Shown here: one piece after another, positions 25,601 to 40,600 of the stretch
How the letters are laid out: each line of letters opens with the position of its first letter
Numbering within the stretch: the stretch's first letter is position 1
Source: Camelus ferus
Taxonomy: Eukaryota
Assembly (NCBI RefSeq): GCF_009834535.1
Contig: NC_045697.1
Span: forward strand, 118,484,001 to 118,548,000
Length of the DNA stretch: 64,000 bases
Reading direction: 5' to 3'
Notes under the pieces: generated by a model
The model's input: only the letters and a program-made list of their open reading frames with translations
Databases searched by the model: none
What the model was told of the DNA's origin: nothing
Made by a program: the position numbers and the translations under genes

Positions 25601-28600
25601 TGAATTCAAGACCGATTTATTGAGAAGTAGTTCTTTAACAATACAAAAGCTTTCTTCGGGGTGAGGGGTGGGAAGGGACAGACTGGGATTTCCAAATTTG
25701 TAGATACTGACAGGCATATGCAGAACAGGTAGACAAGATTACACTGTACAGCACAGGGAAATATATACAAGGTCTTATGGCAGCTCATAGCAAAAACAAA
25801 AATGTGACAATGAATATATGTATGTTCATGTATAACTGAAAACTTGTGCTCTACACTGGAATTTGACACAACATTGTAAAATGACTATAACTCAATAAAA
25901 AATGTAAAAAAAATTAAAAAACAAAACTGCTTGGCACAGAGATCAAAGACGGGGATCATCCATACAGCGTGGAATCTCAAAATTACCGAGTCACTATGCT
26001 GCACACCTGAAACTAACACAACACTGCAAGCCAAGTATCCTTCAATACATGTTTTATAATTTTTTTAATTGAAGTCTAGTTGATTCACAGGGTTGTGTTA
26101 GTTTCGGGTGTACTGCAAAGTGATTTAGTTACACATGTATTATCTTTTTTTGATTATTTTCCGTTATATGTTACTATAAGATATTGAATATAGTTCCCTG
26201 TGTTGTACAGTAGGACCTTGTTGTTTATCTATTTTATATACAGTAGTGTGTATCTGCTAATCCCAGATGCCTACATTCAAATTTTTATTTAAAGCATCTA
26301 TGAATCTTACTTCTGATTTTCCAGTCTGGCTCCAGCACCTAATCCCAGGCAGGCTCCAGCAAAGACCCGACCAAGCCTCTCCACTCCCCACCCCCGCATT
26401 CACAGAGCAGCTGGAAGCAGTTAGTTCCAAATGCGTGAAGTGTGTGGGTATGACTCTGGGAGGCAGGAGGAAGGATGAAATGCATCCTCAGGGGCACTTC
26501 TGCTGTATCAGTACCAAGAACAGAAACTATGAGATCTGGGTGCTACCTACATTATCAATTGAATGAAAATGTTACCACTTTTATTCCCTCCCCCCTCAAA
26601 GTGGTAGAAAGAATAAAAGACAATTTAAGGAACAATAAACCAGTGGCTTTGAGTAAAGTTAAAAAAAAATCTTTATGAGTTCTGATTTCTAAAATAGGAC
26701 ACTGTGGCTGTACCAGGAGTAAAAGATGTTGGTTTTCATATGTGCAACTGGGCTGTTCCAGCAAGATGTTCTCAGAATTTACTTTTGTTAATTCTAATCA
26801 GCTGACTGAGCTCCATGGCCCCTCAGGCAACCCCAAATCAATAAGGTTGCCCTTGAAATAGGGTCCTTCAGGGCTGGCTCTGATCTCCCTGCCTTACCAT
26901 CTCACAGAATGTTACTAACTACCCCTCTGGAACATGTCTCATCTGTGACATACCTTACTTTCCACGTTTAGAGAAACAGTATCTTGATTACCTTGCTTCT
27001 CAAGACGAAGACCGTGTTAATGTGTGAGAGGATGCCATGGAAACTAGTGTCAATGTGAGGGCGGACCAGGGAGAAGACAGACAGGAGGCTGCAGGTCCCC
27101 GGCTGGAGCTAAAGTGCAGATGAAAAGAAAAAGACAATTTTGAGTCAGAAGAATTCTTGCAATTTGGCATTAATTATTAGATTAAACCAGCTCAATAATA
27201 CTTAAATGTAGAAAATCATAATTATTTGCAGAAAAATTACCTCCACTATGAACTCACACCTGCACTTATGCAACTCAGTGACTAAACGAACATCGTGTGG
27301 TTGTGTGAACAAAAAATCAGACAGAAAAAGAGAAATACTGTATGTTGTCACTTGTACGTGGAATCTAAAAAAAATGACACAAATGAACTTATTTACATAA
27401 CAGAAACAGACTCACAGACACAGAGAATAAACGCATGGTTGCTGGAACGGGGAAGGGGGTGGTGGTGGAGGATAAATTGGGAGTTTGAGATTTGCAGACA
27501 CACAATACTATATATAAAATACATAAACAACAAGTTTCTACTGTATAGCACAGGGAACTATATTCAATATCTTACAGTAAGTGATAATGAAAAAGAATAT
27601 GAAAACAAATATATGTATGTCTATGTATGACTGAGACATTATCCTGTACACCAGAAATTGACACAGCATTGTAAACTAACTATACTCCAATAAAAAAAAA
27701 TGAATATACTAAACTAAAAAAACAAAACACATAAAACCGAATATGGCTTCAGACAACTAATATTCAAATCTAAAGCTAAGCTAAATGAGAAAAGACTTTT
27801 TAAAGAAAAAAGAAGAGAATTTGACTTTCAAAATATAGCATGAAGTGTTGAACATGTATGGCTTAACATGAAACTTAAATACCACAATCCCCCAGAAACA
27901 CTCAGTTTATCAAGAGATGGCTGATCCAACAGTAACAGGTAACACTTAACAACTGCTCACGGGACCAGGCGCTGGACTAAATGTCCTTCCTGCACCCTCT
28001 CTCCTCACGTCACAGCAAAGGGAAAAGCGGGGGGAGGGCAGAGCTCCGTGGTAGAGCACGTGCTTAGCATGTAGGAGGTCCTGGGTTGGACACCCAGTAC
28101 CTGCATGTACATACGTAAGTACATTCATACACACATACATACCTAAATAAACAAAACAAACAAATTAAATTACCCCTTCCAAAACCAAAAATATTCAAAA
28201 CAAAGGGAAAACAGGCAAAGAGAGGGAAGAAACACGTTGTCGGTCATGCCTGGGGGAGAGAGCCCCACCCACACACTATTCTGCTTCCAGACTTACAGGT
28301 TTATGTCAAATTCCATTGCAGTTAATCCTGAACTATTACGTCTCCTTAATTACAAGCAAAAAGTATCTCTAGACATACGTTAGAAGGTGAGAGAAAAGAG
28401 GAAGTGGAAAGAAAGGAGTTTGCAAATGGGTCTGAATGATCCAAGCCAAATGTGCACTCAGCATCACCCGGTGCTGTCCTTTGATGCGTTTTCTACTAAA
28501 CTTCATGGTAATCTCTTCCCCTTTCCTCTTTGGTATATTTTACATTTCCTTTTCCTTGCAAATGTCATTAGTTGACTTTGAAAGCTATACTCAGATAGTA

Positions 28601-31600
28601 GATATCCAATGAATATTTGCTCAATGGTGAATAAATTCAGTGAAAGCTAACTGCTACTAGAAAGTCACTCACTTTCTCACTAAAACAAGTATACAGTTCC
28701 CACATAATTTTCCCACTGTCCTTTTCCTTGGGATTAAAACAGGAAAAAAAGCAGCTGTCTTAGGGCACAAGTGCACTCAGCTTCCATTACACAACTTGTG
28801 TGGTGCCCAGTGTGCTCCACACGGCCTGGCGTGTAACCGAGGGGCTAGATGAGTGAGGGGCTACCTGCGGGAGCACGCGGTATATGGCGTTGCCACACTG
28901 GGTGACCACCAGGTTCCGGTCAAATATGATGTGAAAAGGGAAAGCTTTGCAGAAGGTGTATGGGCTGATACGTGACTCCTGGGTGCCATTTTCTTCAAAT
29001 CTGTCAAGATCTTCATAAAAATCCTCTTCCTTGGACTCCTTTTCTTCAATTAAAAATTGAGTGTGATCACATTCTTCATTTCTTTGCTGAATAACCTGAT
29101 GCCAAAGGGGGAAATGATGTTAAATGTCTGTATTTCCACTTAGTTGAAACACTTAAATATCTAAGAAATTGGTTAGGAGAGTTGCATTTCTAGAAAGTTA
29201 ACTTCAAATTTTTAATATGTGCAAATACTATACAAGCCTAAAATGGAAAACTATTTCTGGACATTGATCTATGAAATTTAAAGACCGAATAATAAATTGC
29301 AATAAAATTGCAAATCTGGTCCGAGTTCACTAGTCGTCCGTGCAGCCTCTTTGGTGGACTTTGGAGAAAAGCACCCCCTTGTCCCGGTGGGCTCGGCGCC
29401 CCCAGCCCAGCACACTCATCAAGTGAACTACGTGGTACAAAGTGGGGCTCTATAATATGATCAAACCTGACATGTACCGACAGAGGGAAATGAAATGGGG
29501 GAAATGCAAATTTTAAAATATACGCAATGTCATTTTTTACCCATCACTTGGCAAGTATATAAAATTACAGCACCAAACTGGGTAGGACACAGAAAGAGTC
29601 CTTTCACATTACCACTAACTTCAGAAAGGTTCATTCTGATGAACCTTTCTGAAGGACAGAGTGACAGAATGCACAACTGCCCCTTCCAAATTATATTCTT
29701 AGATTTAATTCCAAATCTGGGAATTCATTCCATGGAAGTAATCATAATTGTGAGTGAAGTTCTATAACTGAAAGAAATAACTACGTTTCTAAGATAATAT
29801 TCACAGGCAAATGCATTATTAAGGTATAAAAGATTTTTTCCTTCTGAATTTAAGAAATGCAACCAACACGTCCTCTTACAAAGGGAAAACCTGTATTTCA
29901 ACTGCAGTCAGATCAAAATACAAAACAGTGGGGACAACATTTCTTCAGTTACAGCTAAATGACAAAATGTTCCTCTTTTTCATTTTTTTTTCAGGAGTTC
30001 ACTGCAGCGTTCTCTGACGCTTAAGAACAAATTGCAATTAATACCGCTGTTGTATGTATTCTCCCAGATACAGTTTCATGGTGAAATTAGAATCTTACTA
30101 CTAAAACTGTCACATTCATCTACTAAACTGGTTAAAGATTAGTATTCTTATTTATGATGTGAAAATTGTGCCTCATGAAGACTGATTTCCCCTAAAGTCT
30201 CATGAACAAATCAAACCAGAATCCATCCTGGAAGTCTGACATTCTGCTGTGCTTCCATTTCAGCTAGAGGAACAGAATTATATGCAACCTAAATTTACTA
30301 GTTAACTCCTCAATTCTGCTCTTCTGCTTTGGTTAAATTAGCAGAACGAACAGCTTTTCTGATCATATTTTTAACTTCTCCATAAATCACTTCCTGACAT
30401 GGTCTGATAGTTCTTGTGCAGTTAAATTGTCTGGTAGCTCTGGACCTATTAAACTTATGGCTTCAACATAAGGATTCCTCAGGAAATTAAAATAGGGCCT
30501 TTGAAAAAAAAATTAAAATACAAAATATAATTGCCAAATGCAAGTATTTCAGAAGTCTGTACTGGCATAGCTGGTAAGTGAAGTCCACGAGACAACCCAA
30601 ATTATATAAAGGGAACTACACAATTAGGTAAAAACTTGAATTTTCCACAGCCCATGCTACTGCCGTCAACCTTCCACACCAAAGCTCTGGTAACCATGGC
30701 AACTGCAGCTTCCAAGGGAGCCCTCATTTATGCTTCTTTCCCGAAGTTTCTATGTACCTGCGTCCTGCTCGGCTTGGCTAAGTAAAAAGCAGGCCAGGAG
30801 TCGAGCCAGGATGCACAGACCCCTGGACACAGGCTCCCCACTAAACTTGTGGTGTCAGCTGGGTGTCAGGGTAAAAAATTGGAAGTGAAAAGCACAGATC
30901 ATTGTAACTGAAATTCAGTCAGACTCCTAACCATGGAAGAATTTCAATCCTTTACCCAAGTTTTTAATTTTTAAATGTCTCTGGATTTGACAATGTCATA
31001 TTACACAGAAAAACTAAGGATGAGCCTGGGGGTCAAGGAAGAATGGACACCAACTCCTGAAAGAAAACAAAAACGTCAAATCCAATGGGACCAACTGGAT
31101 TAAATACATGGGATACTTTTGTAATAGAATCAATTTAAATGTTACAGTTTTTATTTCTATAAAATTGTACTTCGAGTTTGGGCTTCCCGTATGTGTTAGA
31201 ATGTAACTATGGCATCTAAAAAAGCACTGCACTAGTTTTCTCATAAGGAAAGAAAACTGAAATAGGGCATCCCTCTGTCCACTTTTTTTAAATTTAGGGC
31301 CACTGAGAATGGCTCTGGGGGGCTGATACCCTGAGCACACAAACAGCAGCTCAGGGGAGAGGCCATCGGGGTCAGAAATACAGAAAAACGAGGGTTCTCC
31401 ATGGCACAGCTGTGCTATCAATACCTTGAAATCATCACTCAAAACTAACATTTTTTTCAAGTATGAGGCTTGGCTTCTTTTACCAAGCAATCTAATTTTT
31501 TTTTTTTTAAAAAAGAAAAACTTTTAGCTCGTAAAATGAGATATTCTATCTACATCTCAGGGACGGACAGAAAAAAAACAAACCCACAAGGAAACAATGA

Positions 31601-34600
31601 ACAGTAAGATAATACCTCGGTTCACATTATTTTAGCATGTGCTGTGTCACGGGTTTTCCTGTATTCTGAGGGCCACCACTTCCCAGCGAGTGTGTGCTCA
31701 CAGGGAGTGCAAACCAAATTTCACGGTGCCTCGAGCAATGTATAATTAGAAAGCAAAATCTGCTCCCACCAGGAAAAAAATCTTGTATGTTGCATTCCAG
31801 GGCCAACTATAGAAGCCTGAGGGTGTTGCTGCCGTCACGGCTTACGTGGACCTCTGCTGAGGTCCAGCAGCAGCACTGACAGCTGAAGTAGACTCGCCGA
31901 GCATCCTTAACCCTCCGCAGGGGGTCTGGGCTCAGGCGTCCCCGAGACGGACCGTTACCTTCATGTCTATTTCAGTGCCGTGTATCTGCTGGGCGACCGT
32001 CTTGATGATCCCGATGACGATGTCCTGGAGCCCCTCTCTCTCTGAGTAGTAGTGCAGAATAAGCCCTTTGCCCTTTTCTGCATCAGTGCACCTGAAGGAA
32101 GGCGCCCGCATCCCCGGGTAGATGGTGGCCAGGTGGTCATGCAGGGCGTCGAGATTCTGCAGTGAAGAGGAGACGGTGCCGAGTGAATGAGGCAGCCACA
32201 TGGGCCGACCTGGGGAGACCAAGCTCAGGGAACAAGCCTCCGGCCTGCGCTTCGGGGGCTGACGGGCCAATACTCCCACCGCACACCCTTTCCCAGCTGC
32301 ACCCAGACGTCTGCAAGGCAAGAACCTTGGGGAGATTGCAGCAAAAATGATGTGATTAAGAAAAACATTGGGGGGAGGGTGTAGCTCAGTGGTAGGGTGG
32401 TGCTCAGCATGCACGAGGTCCTGGGTTCAATCCCCGGTACCCCCGTATTCGATAAACCAATAATACCTAATTACCCTCCCCCCAAAATATAGAAATAAAG
32501 TAAAATGTAAAAAGAGAAACATCTGTAACTATTTAAACAGTTGAAACATTTTAAGGAAGGTAAACGAGCAAGTGGGATGTAAAATGGTTGCCTGAAATAG
32601 AAAGAGACACGCAGTTATGAGTGGAAAGCCGAGATGTGCATCATTACGGGAGTTTGGGGGCAGTTGTGTGTTTGTTACGATAAACAGTGAGGAGTGATCA
32701 AAGTGCACACATGTTACCCTGTGTTTACACTGCAACCCTCAAAGTGTGTTCCTGATGAAAAAAAAGACTCCATCAGAGCTATAAGCATATGAAAATATAA
32801 GCATTTTCTTTAGTGAAGTAATATTTTAGAAATTAAAATCACTTCAGGAATTAAATAATCATCATTTCTTCATGGTCATTCGTAGTCTCCCATCAAGGGA
32901 CAGCTTCACACTCACCTGTGAGACGGAAACTTCTGAAACTGAAGTCTTGGAAAACCAATAAATATGCCAGTAAGTATTTTCTGTTCTTATAGCCTGGTTA
33001 TTAATTTAGAACATACCAAACTCCCCACCACCTTGTATTACTAATATTAAAAAAAAATGAAAATGAATGTATGCGTGTATATTGTGCTGTACACCAGAAA
33101 CTGACATATTGTAACTGACAGTACTTTAATTAAAAACAAAGGAAAAAAACAGATTTGTTTCAAGATTCCCAGAAGACATGGTGCAAGCTCTACTTTCACT
33201 GGGTCCTCCATGGGATGAAGAACAAGGTGGCTTTAGCACCAGGTAGACTTGAGTATAAATGATGACACTGTCATTTCATGATCACGTAGCCAATTCGCTC
33301 AACTCTTCCAAGACTTGATTTCTTCTGATAGGATGGAAATAAGTGAAATGCTGTCTATCAAGCACTGAGCACCTCAGGGGCAGGAAGCAGAATCGTGGTG
33401 TCCCCCAGGTTCCCAGGCCCCGGTCCCTTTGACTAGGTTAGCCCAGATGGCAGAAGAGAATTCGCAGATGGGGTTAAGGTCATGGTTCTCGAGTTGGAAA
33501 GATTACCCTGCAGGAGTGGCGGACCCCCTGATCACAGGACTGACTGAGTCCTTAAAAGCCAAGAACCTTTCCTGGTTACAGGGGAAGGGGGGTACAGTGA
33601 CAGAAGACTGGAGGGACAGGAGCATGAGAAGGACCTGGAAAGAGGTCTCTAGGGCATGACCCAGCCCCAGCTGACGGCCAGGAAGGACACAGGATCCAAA
33701 GCCCCATGGCCTCATGGAACTGAATTCTGCCTACACCTGTCTGGTTACCCACCCCCAGAGCCAAAGGAAAGGGGTTCAGCCCTGCTGGTTCTGGTCCAGT
33801 GAGACCAGAAATGGACTTGCAACCTACAAAACTGTAGGATAATAAATCTGTGTTGTTTTAAGCCCTATGTTTGTGGTAACTGGTTCCCATAGCAATAAAA
33901 AAAATTCATTGATCAAATAGTAATCTGTCAATACTGATACCTGGTGATGATTGCCAGAGAGAATGGGGAAAGCAAACCGGTCTCAGAGCGCTGTGGGCCT
34001 CAAAGAACCCGCCTTAACAGGGGGCGCTGTGGGCCCAAAGGAACCACAGTTCTTGTTCAAACGTCTCAGGGAGGCCAGTTAGGGAAACAGAAGGATCCAG
34101 TAAGACATCGGGAAGGAGCTGGAGGGAGCATGGGTCCCAAATTCAGGAACCGCTCCATTAGGGCCCCTGCAGCCAGCAGTTTCATCCTCTGTCCCACCGT
34201 CCAGTCATCCACACACTGTGTGAAGCCATTGCAGGAGGGTGACATGTCCTGCGGTGTGCGGTGCAGGCTGGGACAGGGCAGGGCACAGGCTGATGACACA
34301 GACCCTGCCTGTAAGCTGATCACAGCTTAAATCACAAACGAACGTGCAGAGTGGCTTCTGACGCGTAAAGGGACAGGAAGACAGGTCCGGAGATGTCAGT
34401 GTGCAGCCAGGATCTGTGCGAGGCCACAAGAGGTGACACTGATTTAGATAAATGTTTCGACAGCTTCCTCAACGAGGTGAATGTGGCTTCTTTGAGAGAT
34501 GCCTTCGTGCCTGGTGCTGAAATTTTGTTTTCTTTCCCCGAATTACACCTCTTATGCTCAAGTCGGGCCAGTTCTTTATTAAAATATCAAGTGGTCCTGA

Positions 34601-37600
34601 GAGTCTCGAGAGGCCGCCGTCAGCGGGTACAAGGACTCCCACATGGCGGACACTGAGAATGGACCATCCGGAGAAATCTGTAAACAACCAGAGGCCTAGA
34701 AGTGTCCAGGGTAAGGGGTGCCAAGGGCTCTCCTATGACAAGTTCTCCTCCCGGGAACTCTTTCCCGGGAAAGGAAGACAACAAAGGTGGCTCCCCAGCC
34801 CTCCTGGATCCCTTCACACTTCTGCTGATGTTGCAAAAGGAGTAAGAGAAAATCCGGTGAGAAAAAAAAAATCACTAAAAGAGATTCACATGTGTCTCCA
34901 TCTCCCCTGAAGCCAAAATTCAGCTCGGTGCTGCATTTAGGAAATTTCCTAACATGCTCAGACCCAGGTACTGCGTTGTGGCTCATTTTCAAGAAAAAAT
35001 GTAAACCTGAGTTTAACAATAACTTGAAATATGTATTTTAAAGTTTTTTTTTTTTTCTATTTGTCTTCTATAACGTGTTCAAATGCAGGATGGCGTAAGT
35101 CAGCATGCCAACGTCATTTCCACACGCGTCTTTTCCATCCTGGGTGGTGTTACATCGGCGCATTTCCACGAGCAGCTAAACGGACGGCGGGAGGCAGTGA
35201 CAACAGCATCGTCCCCCTGATCTGCACCACCGACGCTGACGAGGACGAGACGGGCCAGGATGCCGAAGACCACCACATCACACACCACCTGGAGACAGCC
35301 CTGCACCCTAAACGTGGAGCCACTTTAAATAAAAGTATTGCCAGTACATAAGTATTCATAGCAGTAATAAAGTGCTGCTGAATTCACCAAGTCAAGGCGA
35401 GTGGGAAACCAAACACACGAAGTCAGATGCTAATCCTTTAAGTCTTAGTGGTCATCAGCTCCCCAGAGACTGACTGTTTTATTGGGTCTGCTATTAATTA
35501 AGTGGACAAGTAAAGTGCTTTCCTGGAGCAGAAAAGATGTAACACCACTTAATGTAATATTGATTTTCTTTAGATGGTATCTAACCATAAAAACCACTCT
35601 TGGGATTTCTTTAGTTCCAGCTTTCTCTCCTTGGTTTTATACTCTCAAAATCAAAATGATCACCACAGCTTGTCTACCATGAGACATGGAATTCATGATT
35701 GAAAATTAAATTATTTTCATTGGAGTACATTTAGACTGCTCGAAAGGTGCCTTCTTCATGAACTAGAACTGTTTGCAGCAACCTCAAAGGCCACAAAAAA
35801 GATTCTCAAAAGAGCCAAGAGAAAACCTTGTCTGCATTTTATAAAACCATCTATACAAAATCAATTATTCATCCACGTGGTTGTAGCAATATCTTCTGGA
35901 GAACAAGAGTTTCATGTTAAAGCTGGTATTCTGTTCTGTTTCTAAATAGACCCCTGGAGATTGGTACTCAGAGAGAAGAGCTAATGGACGATGACAAACA
36001 TCAGAGAAACAGAACACATGTAAACACATATAGATTGAACACTTTTAAACACAAGTAGATTCCCGGGAAACAGTAAATTAACAGTCAAGCAAAGCTCAGA
36101 GATGCTTTCGCTTCATTCTTCTTGGCTTTACGGACACTAGAACACAGGCAAGTCCACTCATCCATTTTGCCTCAAGACGCCAAAAGGTTAGTCTGAGGTT
36201 TTCATTTCATTCCTTTCATTGTTCTGATGTCATTTTACCACTTTGTCTACAAGCAAGATGAATGTGCTTTTTCTCAGGAATTCTGCTGTCTGTAGCCCAG
36301 TTCACCCTTCCCCCAGGCGTTACCATTCACAGAAGAAACACTAGCGCTGGCATCTCAGGAAACTAAAGTTCGAGATTTAGCACACACAGATTTGGGAAAC
36401 AAAAGAGAATTTGTTAATCCTGTGAGAAATACTCTGAAGTTCCATGTTTTTCAAGATCTTGAAAGACTGCAAAACAAATGCAGAATCTCTCTTAAGATGT
36501 GTGGCAAAAAAAGGCTTAAACGAAATTACAGAGGCAAAGTTTCCAGGAATGAACCACCTCATTTCTCTGCTCCCAGAGCATCTAATTAAAAATTCCCAAA
36601 CGGTCCATATAAATAGGTAAAAGTAAGACCTTGCATCGAAAGTTTTGAGAGAGATTTTTCAGTCTTCAAGAATCTTTTCGCAGTGGACGGCATGAAGGGA
36701 GCTGTGTGTGTTATTTGAGAACGTTACTGAAGTTCAGATCAGGAAAACATCCTAAGTCAGTCATTGTAAACCTCTCTCTTTTAAGCAAAGAGGACAAATC
36801 GCCACATTTCCTTTCTTTTTATTGGTCAGGTTTCTGAAAAGCAAGACCGACACTAGCATTCACAGATGGAGTCATGTGATTTGAAAACCCTTTTTAAGTC
36901 TTACAAGAAAGAAGTCACTGTAGAATTTGAATATGAAAAAATTTAAACAAGTAAGACCTAAAGTGGAAAACTCCGCCCCATCTAACGAGAAACGCCAGGG
37001 CCAGGGCGTGAGGAGCTGGGGGTTCAGAGGAAGTAAGAGCTGGTGTTTAGCGGTGCTTGTCCAGCCTTTCCTTCTTCAAGCTGCTCCTTGGGGAACAGCC
37101 TTCCAACTGAAGAGATACAGCGTGTCCCTTTTAAAAGAACTACTGTAAGGCCTCATTTAAAAAGAAAGTGTACAAGAGTCACTAAAATTATTTAAATGGT
37201 GGTATTTTTAAAACTGCTTATAGTTATTACCAGCCTCTCAAGAGAAATTTTAAAAAAAGTCATAGGAATACCTGTGTAAAGAGTTTCACTCGTCATACTG
37301 CTTTTACATTTGTGTTTTAAAAAATCTCATTTATATACATGTGCCAACCAATATTTTGTAAAAATTGTGAAAATATATACGAGCTATTTTTTTTTTAAAG
37401 TCTTAAATTCTAAAATACTTATCTTCCTTTAAAAGTTCTCACATGTCAATTTTAAAATTGCAGGTGCCAACTAAGGGACGTTTCTTGCCACCCGGTTCTA
37501 CAAGAAGTTAGTCATTTGGCCACTGGAGCCCTTGACCTGCAGGACACCCAGGAAGGAATTCAGGGTGAAGGTCAGGAATGAGGGAAAACTGTTACAGCTG

Positions 37601-40600
37601 GCCCTCAGGGAGTTAGATATTTTCAGGAGAAATGTTTCATGAACCCGGATTCTTGCATCTTCCCACACTTAGAAAAGCAATAAAACCATTAACTAAGATG
37701 TCTGTTCCTCGTGCTGACAGCAACCAAGCCGTGTCCTTGAGTGCACGCACCCCCTTAGTCAGTGTCACACATACACTGACCCCCCCAACTGAACTGACCT
37801 CCTCAGAACAGTCCTCAGGGTCATCTGAGAGGCTGTACCCACCCCCACCCCCCCGGCTACAGTCCTCAGTAAGATCCTGAATAAACCCAACTCATAGCTC
37901 TGACGCTGTGCGTTTTTTTTTTCCCCCAAGTAGACACAGGTTATAGAAATTGGCGTTTTAGAGGTTGAGAAAAGTTCCTTCTGAAATTTAAAAGTTAAAC
38001 ACAAAAAGAATGGTACATTTTTTTCTAAGAAATATTATAAATAATTTAGAGAAGTATTAGAATGTCCCAGCTGTTCAGGAAAATCCTCATTATTTCCCAA
38101 AATAACACTTTGCACAAACATTGAAGAATTTTAGTTCAGTCATCAATCCCAGATTGCTCCTGGTGGGCTGGCCAAGCTACAATGCTGCCAAAACCGGGAG
38201 CCAACACGAACTGAAGAAAGTCTCATTGCAGGCTGAGCAGGGACCCCAGTAGAGGACTCAGTCCATGAACTGACAGGGTGAGTGAGATTCCACCAAACCA
38301 AAGTCAGTGGAAGAAGCCAGAGCTTCCAGCAAACTTGAGAGAGTATCAGGTTTGATCACTGCCCTGACATTTCTCTGCGTATTTAAGCAGGTGCCTCATT
38401 AAATCCTGACTGGTCTCTAAGGTTGCATATTACTCCTTTATTTTTCAGTAATACCTCCCATGCTCGTTCAGGTTTTATTTCACCTTTGTACAATTACTGG
38501 GGAGGTAAGAAATATATAGTGTAAGAATAACATATACCGCTGAAAATGAACTCAGAACCCTGCTGCGCACTGATTTGGGTTCCATTTGCAAAGGTTATAT
38601 ATCATCTCCCCTTTGCAACACGGACTCCTCAAAGCTCCCGACTCACCCATAAATACGTGAACACATGTGCACATACTAACGCAGATCAAAAAACAGGAAA
38701 ACAGTACACAAAGTGCTGTTCCCATGATCCACTGCTGCATAACAAGGTGCCCCAAACTTACTGGCTTAACACAAAATGTTGGGTGGGAAGAGACAGACTG
38801 GGATTTCAAAATTGTAGAATAGATAAACAAGATTACACTGTATAGCACAGGGAAATATATACAAGATCTTATGGTAGCTCACAGAGAAAGGAATGTGACA
38901 ATGAATATATATATGTTCATGTATAACTGAAAAATTGTGCTCTACACTGGAATTTGACACAACATTGTAAAATGATTATAAATCAACAAAAAATGTTTAA
39001 AAAAAACCACAAAATGCTATTCCGCATGGTTTTGGGGGCTGCCTGGACTCAGGCAGGGGGTTCTCCTGTTGGAGTCAGAAGCTGGGAATGGAGTCACCAT
39101 CATTCTTTGACTTCCCAGGCTGACTTCCCAGGATGGTCACCCTAACGGCAGAGAGCTCAGCTGGCCCAGCTAAGTCTTCTGAGAGCCCGCACATGACCTC
39201 TCCGGGCACCATGGGCTCCTCAGTCCACATGACGGGGTGCCTGGAGGGACCGTCCCAAGAGTAAGTGCTCCCAGATACTCGGGTGGAAAACTCAAGACCT
39301 CTTAGGAACCAGCCTAGGAAGGATCAAAATGTTACTCCTGCCACACTCTGTTGGTCAAGTAATCAGCAAAGCCATCCCAGATGCAAGGGTCGGGGGGGGA
39401 CTCCAGCCCTCGACAGAGAACAGGGAAACTCACACTGCAGAAGAGGGTTGAGATGGGGGACGCAAGTGCAGCGAATCTGGGAAAAACCCACCTGCAGGGA
39501 CGCAAGAGGACACCGGAGAGCAGAGGTGAGCGGCGTCTACGGAGGACATCCCGTCAGACCACACGCTCCTCACCAGCTGTACTTTTAATGAGTTTTCAAA
39601 CCCTACACATTCTCTGCTCTGTTTTAATCACTATACTGGATGCTTCAGACAGAAATTAGCTACAGCAGCAGCATGGTACCACATTTTATCCCTAATTTAA
39701 GAGTAAGAAAATGACTGAAATATGGTCTTATCTTGAAGACAATAAATACAGATAAAATGTATAAAATCCAAAAATCTACATCAAAATGTCTTCCTACTTT
39801 TTGTAAATCTCTTTTTGATAAACCACGTTTCTGCTTACTAAATCAGCTAAAGGATAATAATAAATTTCAAGGATTATCTACTTTTATCAATAATCCACAA
39901 GTTGATGGTTTTACAGGAGATTTAAGAAAAATCAATTCCAAACTGTGTACTATCTAGAGAGAGTAATATTTCTAAAAGGCTTCCTCTAAAAATGTTTCTT
40001 ATATTTTGTTACTTCATCAACTTAGGATTTTTGGCTACTTTTTGTGGGAGTCTAGAGGTAGATTAATAATAGGCATGATGTAAACAATTTTAAATCCACT
40101 TTTGAAAAAATGAAAGCGATTGGCTACTCAGAGCCAGAAATTTAATACTGGCAGCAAAGCCTTTCAAAGGGACATTGTCCATTTTTTAAGCTGTTTGAAT
40201 TGTTAAATTGTTTAAATTCACTAATCAAAGGAAATGACAAAAATCCACTTGAGAAACAAGTATTTTTCTGAAACTAAACTACAGGTACGATCTATGCAGC
40301 ATCTCTTTAATATAAAATGTCTACAAAGAAACATAAGTATTATCTGGATAAAATAGCTTGGGCCAAAACAAATATATATACATACAACTCAGAATTAACT
40401 AATTCTATCATTCAAAGACTATTGATTGATTGCCTGTTACATGCCGCGCCTGGTTCTTAAAAACTTTCAAAAATTACTTCAAGAAAAGTAAAAACAGAAA
40501 AATGTATTTTCAACAGAGAGCCATTCTTGATCATGTATCCAGTGAGAGGCTGGGAGAGACACATGTCCCCTCCCCCAGGAAGTCCTCCCTGGAAGGACGG

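Noticed and set aside
25606..38960. Two near-identical small ORFs starting MSNSSVEH (25606..25869 and 38766..38960)
   Set aside because: Antisense translations of two copies of the same L1 3' UTR.
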